A stretch of DNA of 64,000 nt from Blastocladiella emersonii ATCC 22665. Lineage: Eukaryota > Fungi > Blastocladiomycota. Under the pieces are notes generated by a model. The model made no database searches, was not told the origin of the DNA, and saw nothing but the letters and a program-made list of their open reading frames with translations. Each line of letters begins with the position of its first letter. Position 1 is the first letter of the stretch. Both the position numbers and the translations under genes were made by a program. Positions 1-11,300 of this stretch are shown here, in pieces. The DNA lies in contig JANHCV010000002.1 in assembly GCA_025594325.1 (NCBI GenBank), positions 2,294,001-2,358,000 of the forward strand, in the 5' to 3' direction.

Positions 1-98
1 ACGCGCGGGCCCTCCGCGAGCAGCGCAAGCAGCGGGCGACGTTTCACGCGCACCTCCACGATGGCCTGAACCACAGCGGCATCAAGGCCGGGCTCGCC

Positions 99-3000
99 AT
101 GACGGACCTGACGCTGTCGCTCATCTGCGGGCCGTTCTCGCCCAAGAACGCGGTCACGGCGGCGTTCGGCCCGTACGTCAAGCTGTGGAACCGGCTCTAC
201 GAGCAGTTTGCCACGACGCTCGACCTGGCCAACGAGATCGAGCGCCGCGCCATCGACCTGATCGAGCTGTCCACCATTGTGCTCGACGTTTACGCCGACC
301 GCACGATCGTCGACCTGATCGGCGCCGTGCAGCGCAGCGAGATCGTTAAGCTCATCCGCACAATCGAGGAGAAGGTCAGCAACGCCACCGCCGTCCTCGA
401 GCGCATCGACCAGTCGAGCAGCCTGCGCATGATGGCCACCAGCACCGCGGGCTTCAAGTTTGAACTCGGCCAGATCAACGCGGTGCGCCAGCTGCCTGCT
501 CACACTCGAGTAGAACGACCGCTTCACTCACTCACTTGCCTTCCACGCCATGGATACAGACCATCACGTCGGCCCAGGCCCAGCTGCACGCGCACATCAC
601 CTCGTCCATGGCGGCGCTCCTCAACAACCAGGACGAGCGCATCCGCAAGCTCAAGGGCGCGCTGGCCATCCAGAACGCCGCGCTCAAGGACACGGGCAAC
701 CGCCTCGAGGAGATCTTCAACCTCGCCCGCGACCTCTGCGAGCGGGACGTCGTTATGGGCAAGGAGCTCGCCGAGCTGCTCGCCGTGGTCGAGAAGATCA
801 ACTTCCGCGCCGGGTTCTGGGCCGACATCAAGAACCCCGAGGTGGCGTCGCTGTGGGACACCATTGTCGGCAAGCCGGGCGGCATGACGTGCACGGTCGG
901 CAGTTTCCTTCTCATGTTCAAGGAGCAGCGGGACGCCAACCCCGAGAAGGCCAAGCGCGCCGACCCAATTGACGGCTGAATCGACCTCGTGGACCGCGAG
1001 GACAACGCCCTCATCACGCTCGCCGACCTCGGGTACACGAGCAAGCTGTCCGCCGACCATGTCAGCGTGCACGCCCTCAACGCGCTGTTTCCCGACGTCC
1101 TTGTCGCCCAGGGTCGGACCCGCGCCAACGTGCTGCTTGGGTGGCGCGCCTACTCGTGGGTCCGCCCCGCCAACTGGCGCATCAACCGCATCGCCGACCT
1201 CGCCAGGCGGTGCAACATCTTCGAGTCCGCAGCCCGCCGCGCGCATGTCCTCGCGCTCTGCGCCGTCAACGGGCTCAAGGCGCCCGCCGCGTGGAACATC
1301 ATGCCCGAGCTCGAGGGGCGCCTAAATGGCGCGGGGCTGAGCCCGGCCGTGACGAACGCGCTGCCGCCCAAGTACGCGACGTTCATCCACGCCCTCATGA
1401 ACGTGGAGAAGGCGCTCAAAAACTGCTACACGGTGACCGCGGAGCCGGCCTCGCTCGACAACGACACGGCTTCGAGACTCGCCACCGACTTCACCGCACG
1501 ATTCAGCAAGCTGCAGGACGTCGTGGTCGCCGCCGCGGTCGCGCTCGGTCTGCCCGCCGAGGCCGCGCGGCAAGCGACGTGGACCCCGCATGACGTCGAG
1601 TCGTGCACGGCCAAGGCGCAGCGCGCCTTCACCGCGCAGCTCGAGTACTTTGACACGCTCGGTCGTGCGCTTGACGATCGTTCCAACGACACGCTGGCGT
1701 CGCTCGCAGGGCTGACGTGGGGCGACGTCGGCGCGGCCGCCACGCGCGCGATCCCGTGGGGCAACGCGACGCTGTTCGAGGTCAAGCCCGTCGTCATTGT
1801 TCGGGTCCCCGCCAACGTCGCGCCAGCGGCCATCATCAACCTCGCGGGCCTCCACGCGTGCGCGTCCGCCAACGTGCTTCGCGTGTACGGCGTGCTCCCG
1901 CCCACGCCCGCAACACGCGGCGACTGGGCCGTGGTCGTCGAGCGGTTCAACCCGCACGTCGTGTTTGACGAGCTCGACCTGCAGTCCAAGCTCGCCGCCG
2001 CCGAGGACCTGGTGCGCGCCGCGCAGGTGATCCACGGTGTGCTCCTCGATTGTTCCGGGGACGCGGTCGCGCAGCCGTTTGACTCTGACCACGTTGTGTT
2101 CACGCGCAACGTGCTGGGTCACGCCACGACCAAGCTCGTGCCGCCGGGTCTCGTCATGAACGCCACCGACGCGTCGCCCGCGTCGCTCACGGCGCAGAAC
2201 GACACGTCGGAGGTGCGGAACGCCAACTTCAACGCGCTCATCAAGTTCATCCAGCACGCGGTCCTCGACGGCCACCTCGGTCCTGCGCACGGCGGCGCGT
2301 TTGGCCACTTGGCGGGCAACCTGTTGCGCGCGCTGCACCGCCGCATCGAGCAGCACCTGGCGGGCAACGCGCCGTCGCTCACGTTCCCCGAGTTGATCGA
2401 GGCCCTGCAGCTCGCGCAGTCCAAGTACCGCCAGGCGCTCGAGGTCAAGCCCGGATCGGCGCTCATGGTCATGGACGCGGCGGGCGGCAACGACGAGTCG
2501 GTGATCGCGTTCGAGGCGCTTGCCCGCAGCACGCCCGCGGCGTCGTCGAGCACGGCGCAACTCGGGACCATGTCGGTCGACGAGGCGACGCGCAAGTACT
2601 TTGCCGCGCGCGCGACGATCCGCGACTCGCGGCACCGGCTGGTGACGCAGCCCAACTACGACGTGCACGACGTGTTCCAGAAGCTGCTCGAGATCGGGCA
2701 GTCGGGCCACCAGCCCATGGCGTACGTGACCGCGGCGGACCTCGTCTACTATGGCGCGGTGCCACGGACGCCCGAGTCGTGGCGCGTCGCCATGCGCCTG
2801 TACCACATGGCCGCCAAGCAGGGCGCCGTGTACGCGCACGTGGGGCTCGGCGACCTGCTCTACTTCCAGCTCGTCGAGGACCCAACAACGGTGCGGTCGC
2901 GCGACGAGGTGCTCGCGTCCGCCGCCGAGCAGTACGAGCTCGCGCAGGTCGCGCTCGCCGACCCGAGCACCCGCGCGCTCCTCGAACCGCACGAGATTGC

Positions 3001-3364
3001 GCGCGTCGACTGCGGCCTCGGCGACGTGCTGTTCGAGCGCGCACAGATCGCGGCCGACGAGGGCGACGTGCATCTCTCGGAAGGTCTGCTGCGCCGCGCC
3101 CGCGCGCACTACCACGAGGCCAAGAACCAGGACCCGCGCGCCAAGCGCGCGTTCGCGCGGCTCGCGCTGTTTGCGCTGTACGGGTACGGCGGCGAGGCCA
3201 GGTCGATGCACAAGGTCAGCATGTACCTCGCGTCAGCGCGCAGTGTGGATAACCCGGCGCGCGAGCTCGCGGCACGCACTGAGATGCTGGCTGCCATCGA
3301 TAACGAGGAGGCTCTCGCAGCGTGTTACGCCGAGATGGAGGCTTGTATCACGCCCGAGCATTGA
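99..3364 (+). CDS. Putative MLKL-like N-terminal helical bundle + EF-hand-like region + pseudokinase + Sel1-like repeats; interrupted by one in-frame TGA at 977-979 (possible null allele or pseudogene)
   Basis: Exon 99-482, GT-AG intron 483-559 (phase 0), then one reading frame from 560 to 3364 broken only by TGA 977-979 (ADPIDG*IDLVDRED). Degenerate kinase motifs: ANVLRVYGV, WAVVVERF, KLAAAEDLVRAAQVIHG, PFDSDHVVF, TKLVPPGL, with no HRD or DFG. C-terminal Sel1-like motifs: AMRLYHMAAKQGAVYAHVGLGDL and ARAHYHEAKNQD...ALYGYGG. Confidence 0.7.
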
Positions 3365-4341
3365 TGATGATGTCCCGTGCGTTAAATACATCTCGCTTGG
3401 TCGTACCCTATTGTTTTCCTGTCATTCGCTTTCTTGATCGTCGCTATTCACGAGTGTTCAATATATTACGGTCGTAATCGACGTGGAGGGCTCGCTTCAG
3501 GAGTGCCGAGCGCTCTCGAAGACGCGTTGTTCACGCGCACGTGATGCGTTGTCATGGTGGCCTGACGCCAGCAAGCGGGCTTGCCGCCGGCCACGTTCAT
3601 CCCTCGCGGTCGCGGTCCTCGCATACCACCAGCTGGGCCATAAAATGCACAAATTACAGTGACGCCCTTCCCTTCCCGTCGACCGTAGCATTCATGAGCT
3701 TCCAAAACTGGCTCGCGGTGGCCGCGTGACTTCTGCGTGACAGCTGAGACGCGACGCGACGCGACCCAGCGATCACGTCGACTTCCGACCCGATTCAAGC
3801 TTTAAGTCTCCCCAGTCAGTTGTGCACGGAATATACTTGAGGAGGGTTGTCGTGGGTCACGTGCGCATGAACGACGCGTGTTTCGAAGCCGCGGACATGA
3901 ACCCCAAACGGCGTCACTCAATTGTCTCCTTTTTGTCCGCCTCGCCATCATGAAAATAAGTTGTTTTCGGCACTTGGGGCCGGGTGCCGCAAGCTGCAAG
4001 CTGCAAACTCTGTGCTTGCGCGGCCGATTGTGACGCGAAGCGCGCTGCGCTGATAGACCACGCATAGCTGCGGAGAGATTTATAAGCAATTTATTATGAG
4101 CTGCGGATTCGTTTATTCACGCGGCCTCAACTTCGCCGATGAATGACGAAAGGCAGATAACGCGCGGGTCGTCCGCATGCGCTTGACAGGGCGCGCGACG
4201 GAGCAATCGCCGCCAGCACTTGGTGCATTGCGAGCGGTGTCGAGAGCGGCTGAAGGAGAAAAACATCACGAAAAGTCATGGTTCAAAGAGGAGGGTTGGA
4301 ATACGGGGTATAATTAACACGGTCCGCTCAACGAACGAAGA

Positions 4342-7113
4342 TCAATCACCCGAAGTGCTCGCACCGGCATACGTGTAACCAGTCGGGCTGGGCGCTGCGA
4401 GCACGGAGGTGGGGTCGGACTTGACGTCGGTCTGGACGGCGGGCGGCGTGTAATAAGCGAGCTTGACGCCGACAATCGACTCGAGCTCAATGGTTGGGAC
4501 CATGGCGAGCTTGCCGTCCTTGAAGCCAAGTGCGAACTTGGCGTTGGTGGCGGACACAAGCGAGTAGACGCCGGGCCTGCCCTGCAGTTCCTACTTGGCG
4601 GGTTGAGTGTGAGTCGCTGATGGTGAACCGAACTAATAAATCTCGGAGAATACGTACAGAAAGCGTCCATGCTTGGAGCGAGAACGCGCGCATGTGGCTG
4701 AACAGCTTCTGGCCACCAACGTTGGCGAGGTAGATCCGCATGCCGGGGAAGTAGATGGCGACAACGGCCTTCTCAGCAGCGAGACGCGGCAGATCAGCGG
4801 GCTCGGCGGCGTTGAGGACGGCGTTGCCGGCCATAGGCCGCAGAGACGCGTTCATGGTGGGCTGCGACCAGTCGGCGCGCGCGGCGAGCTTCGGCACGTT
4901 GCGGTCGAACTGCAGCAGCGTTCCGGGCACGAAGAGCGTCGAGACACCCATCGCGAGCACGGCGAGGTACGAGTAGCGCTCGGCGGGCGGCGGCGCCTGG
5001 TATTGCGGCAGCGCGGGGCCGGTCGAGAGGTTGGGCGGCTGGTGCGGCAGCGTCTGGTACGGCGGCGGCGCGGTACCGCATGTGGCCTGCTGCTGCTGCT
5101 GCTGGGCGGGTGCGGCAGGTACGGCGGGCGCGGCGCCAGTGGGGCGGGCCTGCGGCAGCGAGGCGAGGGCTTGATGAGCAGGACTGGGCGCGAAATCGAC
5201 GTCGACCTTCGGTACGGGCGACCCGTAGTAGGCGAGCTTGACGCCGGTGAGCGACTCGCGCTCGGCGATGGAGACCATGTCGAGCTCGCCGTTCTTGAAG
5301 CCGAGCGCAAACTCGGGCTTGATGTTGGACACGAGCGTATAGACGCCGCGGTTACCCTTCAGCTCCTGATGAAAGGATTGAGCAAGTAGGGTGAGTCGTT
5401 GAAAACGAGGCGGACAGAGGAGGATCGTACTGAGAGCGTCCAGGCCTGGTGAGGAAACGCCTTTATGTTGCTGTACAGCTTCTGGCCGCCGACGTTACCA
5501 AAGTACATGCGCGATCCGGGGAAGTAGACGCCGACAACGGCCTTCTTGGCGGCGAGGTGCGGGAGGTCGGCGAGCGTGGGGGCGTCCGTGACGGCGCCAG
5601 CGACAATGGGCCGCAGCGTCGCGTACATGGTGCGCTGTGCCCAGTTGGCGACGTTGGCGAGCTTCGGAGTGCCGCGGTCGAGCTGCAGCAGCGTGCCGGG
5701 CTCGACGGGCGTCGAGGAACCCGCCACGGCCACGGCGAGGTACGAGTAGCCGTTGGCGGGCGGTGCGGGGCTAAGCGTGGCGTAGTTGGTTGGGACAGCA
5801 GCGGCGGAGGCCTGCTGCTGGTGCTGCTGCGGGGCGAGAAGTTGGTGAGCAGCGGACGCGGCCTTGGGGTGGAACTTGTAGACGGGCTGCATCAGGTCGG
5901 TGAGCTTGATGCCGACAAGCGACTCGTACTCGGTGACGGGGACCATGGCGAGCTCGCCGTACTTGGAGCCGAGCGCAAAGTCGGGCTTGGCGTTGGACAC
6001 GAGCGCGTAGACGTTGGGTCGGCCCTGCAGCTCCTACTTGGCGGATCGAGTGGGTGAGTTGTTGAGGGCGAACTGGACAAACGAATGTGAGAAAAAACGG
6101 ACGGATAGCGTCCAGGCCTGGCTCGAAAACGCGCGCCTGTTGCCGAACAGCTTCTGATCACCAACGTTGCCGAGGTAAATGCCCATTAGAGGGTAGTGGA
6201 TTGCGACCACGGTCTTCTCAGCGGCAAGGCGCGGCAGGTCGGCGAGCGTGACAGCGTCCATGACATCGCCAGCGACCAGCGGTCGCAAGCTCGTGAGCAT
6301 ACTGAACAGCGCCCAGGGGGCAAGCGTGGCGAGCTTTAGGGAGCCGCGGCCCAGCTGCAGCAACGTGTCGGGCTCCACCACTGCAGCAGCGCCCGCCGCG
6401 ACCACGGCGAGGTACGGGTAGCCCTCGGCGAGCGAGCCCCGCTCGAACGGCGGCAAGTGGTACGCGACCTTGATGCCGACGAGCAAGGAGGGCTCGGTGA
6501 CGGGAACCATGGCAAACTCGCCGTCCATGAAGCCGAGTGCGAACTTGGGGTTGGCCTCGGACACGAGCGTATAGGCGTCGGGCTTGCCCTGCAGCTCCTG
6601 TTTAGCGGATCGACAGGGTGAGTCGCTGATGGCTAACCGGACAAAGAAAGTTCGGAGGAAACGTACGGAGAGCGTCCAAGCCTGGTTCGGGAGCTGCTTG
6701 GTGGTCGCAATGAGCTCGCAGCCGCAAACGTTACTCAGGAAGAAAGCGAGGCGCGGGAACTGCATGGCGACTACAGTCTTGTCGGCGGCGAGCCACGGCA
6801 GGTCGGCCGGCCTGGCGCTGTCCGCGATGACACCGTTGACGACCGGGCGAAGCACCGCCGTCATGCCAGGCAGCGCACGGTCGGCGAGCTTGGCCGAGTT
6901 CGGCACGCCAATGTTGAACAGGAGCATCGTGTCGCGCTCTGCGGGCGCGGAGCCCACCGTGGCCACGGCCAGCGACGAGAAGCCCTCGACGATCGGCGCG
7001 TGGTCCGAGGCCAGATGCAGCGGCGGCGGTGGCGGCGGCACGAGGCCGAGGCCGGGTCCGGGCGCGACGGCGGTCGATGCCATTGTGACTGCGGGTGGCT
7101 TCCAGAGCCCCAT
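4342..7113 (-). CDS. Uncharacterised 833-aa protein with four tandem ~150-aa beta-trefoil-like repeats and P/Q-rich linkers
   Basis: Five exons: 7113-6667, 6597-6103, 6033-5431, 5365-4658, 4590-4342, all multiples of 3. Four phase-0 GT-AG introns: 6598-6666, 6034-6102, 5366-5430, 4591-4657. Repeated motif YLAV...GTLLQL...KLA...LRP...ADLPxLAAxKxVVxxYFP...GNVGGQKL...QAWTLS|ELQG.P.VY.LVS...FALG...G.LAMVP...GVKLAYY. Confidence 0.8.
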
Positions 7114-7307
7114 GGTGATTCGTTGCAGTGTACGAGGAGCAAGGTCAGGAGAGGAACAGAGGGGAGGGCGGCGCTGGCTTTGAGGCGGGCGGCGCGCAGG
7201 GCGGCGCGTTGGCCACACGCTCGTGCCCGGCCCGCTCGCTTCTACTGTCCATAGCTGCCCTCGTGCCCACTCTTGCAACGCATCAACCACTCCATCAACT
7301 CCCTGCA

Positions 7308-8288
7308 ATGACCGTCGAGACGCGCCAGGAACGCACCGACCGCGCGTCGCGCGAGATTGGCCGCCTGCTGCTCCAGGGCTGGGTCCGTCACGGCATCCTT
7401 GCTGTTCAGCTTGAGCCCGCGGGCTGACCCCTCCTACTCCGTCTAGTGCATGCTCAGCGAGTCGTGCCCCGTGCGCGGCTGCGGCTGCGTGCTCATGCAG
7501 GCGCCCGGCCAGGGCCGAAAGATGTGTGTGATCTGCGGCGACGCGAGCGCCGCTGCGTCCGCCCCCGCCCCCGCCCCCGTCGCTGCAGCTGCTCCCGCCA
7601 TGCCTAACGGCATCGCCCACGCCGACAATGCCGACGACGCCTCTTCCGACGAGGACCTTGAGCGGTCCCTCGACGAGGAGATCGAGCGCCAGCGCCGCCG
7701 CCTCGTCGCCGCCCACAGCGCGCCGGCGCCCGCCTCGCAGTCGAGCGTCGTCGCCCCCACCCGGCTGGCGGGCCCCGAGCCGAGCCAGCTCATCGGCCAG
7801 CGCATGCTCCAGGGCTGGACGCTGCTCAACGAGACGTGCCCGCAGTGCGACGCTGTACGCGTCCCCGACCCGCTAGTTCTGTCGTGACGTGGCTCTGATT
7901 TTCAACTCCGCTGTAGGTCCCGCTCGTCGGCAAGGGCAACGACAAGGAGTGCGTGAGCTGCGGTCCGGCCGTCCTCGCCGCGGCTGAGCCGACGCCCGTC
8001 GTCTCGTCCGGCTCCGCTCGCGCGCCGACTCCGGCACCTGCACCTGCACCTGCACCCGCTGCTCGCGCCGCGTCGCCCGTGCGCTTCCCAGCAGCAGCTC
8101 CCGCCCCGGTTGCCCGCTCCGTCGTGCACCTCGCCGAGCCCACGCCCGCGCTCGGCCAGCTCGCCGCCGTCGTCGACCGCAAGATCGCTCAGCTCACGGC
8201 GCGCCTCGACGCCGCCGACCACGTCGCCGATATCCAGCAGTACACGCAGGCGCTCGCGGGGCTCGTCGCGCTCGCCAAGCAGGTCTAA
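7308..8288 (+). CDS. Autoantigen p27 / SSSCA1 (ZNRD2)-like zinc-ribbon protein with duplicated domain
   Basis: Introns 7383-7446 and 7855-7916. Two copies of IGxxLLQGWxxLxExCP followed by CxxC (SREIGRLLLQGW-CMLSESCP; SQLIGQRMLQGWTLLNETCP). C-terminal helical segment. Confidence 0.75.
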
Positions 8289-8395
8289 CTCGTTCACTGT
8301 TCCTGTAACCACACTCCCGACAATGTAATGTAACTGTGACGACGGCCTATTGAAGCTTAAGATCTATTGTGCGTGACCGCCAGCAGCCAACCCCT

Positions 8396-11300
8396 TCACT
8401 CGCCGTGCGCCGTGACGGCGACCGCCTCGGCGCCCATGACCACGGGCACCCAGCACCGGCCCTCGTCCCTCCGCGGCACGACGACATTCCAAGCCTGCGT
8501 CACCACCGCCGCTCCTGCGCCCGCGACATCCTCGGCGGGCCCGTGTGTGACCGTGAACTGGTACACGCCCGGTTCGTCGGCCTCGCTGAGCCCCGCATGC
8601 ACGACGACGGGCGTCGTCGCCGCGGGCTCAACCACGTCCGGCGGACACTCGGAAACCGCCGCGTCAACGAGCGTCATATCCGAGTACGCGTCGCCCGCCG
8701 CCGCCGTCGTGGTGCCCGGCGGGAACGCGCTGATCGTCCACCCGGCGGCCTCGGCGTACGCGAACACGAGCGCGGACCGCGGGAGGAACCGGCGTTTCGC
8801 GAGCAGCGCGGCCGCGAGCGCGGGCAGGTCGAGCGTCCACGCCGTGTGCGTGGCGAGGTCCGGCGAGTCGATCGTCACGACGCACTGCACGCCGTACGCG
8901 AGGACTAGGAGCACGTGCGCGGTGCCGAGGCGCCACCCGACGGCCGCGAGGCCAAGTGGGGATGGGGTGAAGCGCGCCGTGTACGCGAGCGTGGTGCGGG
9001 ACAGGGACGCGGGCCGCTGAGGGTCCGCCGATTCGGCGGGCGGAGGGACCGGGGTGTACGTGATCGCGCCGAACGGCTCGCTCGGCTGCGCCCCAGCACC
9101 CGTTGCGGGGAGGTACTCGGCGGGGACCGCCGCGTCGAGCTCGACCCGGACCGCGGTGCGCGGCGGGTGCCGGACGACGGGCGTCCACGGGTACGCGGCG
9201 TTGAGGCCGGACACAACGACGGTCGATGCCGCCCTACCGGGCGCGTGGAACCCGACCTCGCCGGCGTCCGGATCGATGAACACGGCGACGGTCGCGGGCA
9301 GGTGCGCGATGCCCGGGAACGTGCGCGTGGTGCCGCGGAACGACGCGGTGCCGGCGACGAGGTCGAGGAGTGCCGCGTCGCCGTCGGGCGTCGACTGCGC
9401 CCACCCGACGCACACGCCGCGCGTCTCGCGCGTCAGGTGCACCGTGAACGCGTACCGCCCGGTCCCGCTCACCTCACACGACGACGCGCGTGCCCATTGC
9501 GTTGTACGCGAAACGTTGACGAGCTACACGCGCGCGGGATCAGGTTAGCTCACTGCGATGGCCAGGTGGGGTCAGTGAACATGTACCTCGGTCCCAGCGC
9601 CGCCAACGAGCAACCGCGCCGCGTCGTCGGGCACCCACCGCGCGCGAGCCGCGGCAACCTGTGCCCTGCCGCATGTTGCGACCGCGGTCGCGAGGTACCG
9701 CAGCGACGCAGCCTCGATGGCCGAGACGGGGCCCGTCGACCCGGCGAGAAAGTAGTTGGCGAGCAGCTCGTCGGCTTCCGCGGCCGCGAGCGAGGCAAGG
9801 TCACCGCCCGCACCTGCGGCCGCGGACTCGCCCTCGAACCGCGCACGCACCGCGAGGTAGCCCGGGATCCCGACGGGGTCCATGAACCGCGCGGTCGCGA
9901 GGTTGAGCGAGGTCCGGTGCGCCGCGACGCTGGGCCAGGTTTCGTCTACACACGTCGCCGTCAGGTCAGCGCCGCTCCCCTCGTGGAGATCCCGAGCAGA
10001 TCCGTACCGTATTGCGCAAGCGGACACACGACCCGGATAACGAGCGCAAGGACCGCAGCGCCGAGCCCCGACTTTTCCGCGAGGTTGACGTCCGCGAGAA
10101 ACTCTTCAGCAGCCTCGGACACGCCTGCGGCGTGCGCGGCGCAGTACCGCTGCAGGGCGCGCGGGACGTGGACGAGGTCGAACACGTTGCCGTGCGAGTC
10201 GCGCGCGAACAGGTCGACGAGCGCGACGGCCGCAGCGACGGCAGCGTGCAGGTTCGCGCGGTGGGCGGGGTCGGCCCAGAGGGCGGACAGGGCCGTGGTG
10301 GACAGGTGGTCGGTGACGAGTGACGCGTCGGCGAGCGCGGCATGGGCGAGCGTCACGGCGGCTGCGGCCGCGTCGTGGTCGAGCACGCCCGAGCGCGACG
10401 CGGCGATCACGGCGCGGACTTGCTCGACGAGGTCGCCCAGGCGGGACGCGAGGCGCGTCAGGACCGGGCCGTACACGTCCTCGGCGACAGCAGCGACCGC
10501 CGTGGGCTCGGCGTCGATGATGGCGGCGAGGACGAGACCGAGCGGGGAGAACGCGTCGTCAAGCTGCTGCCCCGACTCGACAAACCGGTGCAGCAGCGCG
10601 AGCAGGTCACCATCGCCCACAAGCCGCCGGAACACGTCGCCCGCGACGCGTGGCGGGACCTGCGCCGCGAAATGCGCGAGCACCCTTACGAGCGCCGCCG
10701 CGGGAGCCCCGCATGCCGCGTCGTCGAGCTGGCCGAGCATGAGGCACAGGTCGACGAGCCGCTGCACGAGGCGGTCGCGCGGGGCCTCGAAGGCGAGGAG
10801 AAAGTCGAGCGCGAGCGTGCACCCGTTGGGCTCGAGGAGCTGGTCGTACGCGAACGCCGTGGCCGAGGTGCCGCGCAGCTGCGCGCGTACGGCCTCGGTG
10901 ACGGGGAAGGCAAGCGCGAAGCGGAGGAGCGGGAGGCCCGTGGTGGGTGTGGAGAAGGCGTGTGGCGACGCGAGCGCGGCTTTCAGTGCGGCGCAGTCGA
11001 CGGCGCGTGTTGCGAGGACGGCTACGGGAGGTGGGAGTGTGAGTACTAGCCCGGAAGTATCCGGTGCGGAAAGGAAACGTACGGCTGGCGGAGATGAGCG
11101 ACCCGAGCGCGAGCAACGACAGGTCCGACGGCGGTCCGGGCTGGACCGTGCTGATGACAGCCGCGAGCACGTCGGCGTCGGGCGCCTCGACATGACGAAC
11201 AAACGAGCGCTCGCCGAGACACCCGGCGACGAGCAGCGACAGCCCGAGCTCGCTCGCGGCCGCCGCAAGATCCCCATCCCCCAAATCCGGCGCCGCGACG

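Noticed and set aside
3362-3470. Possible SECIS element that would make TGA 977-979 a selenocysteine codon
   Set aside because: ATGA...AAA is present, but there is no complementary 3' arm or GA quartet, and the TGA is not in a redox motif.
4106-4150. Imperfect inverted repeat TTCGTTTATTCA...TGAATGACGAA in the intergenic region
   Set aside because: Short, mismatched and single-copy; compatible with chance in an AT-richer patch.
4342-6700. Regularly spaced DNA repeats that could suggest a CRISPR array or mobile-element repeats
   Set aside because: They are coding repeats plus homologous introns of one eukaryotic gene. There are no short identical repeats with unique spacers and no cas genes.
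6034-7716. 560-aa ORF starting at 7716 as the N-terminus of the repeat protein
   Set aside because: The 7114-7716 part is antisense to the p27-like gene and its promoter. ATG 7113 has a good context (accATGG) and marks the start of gene-like codon usage.
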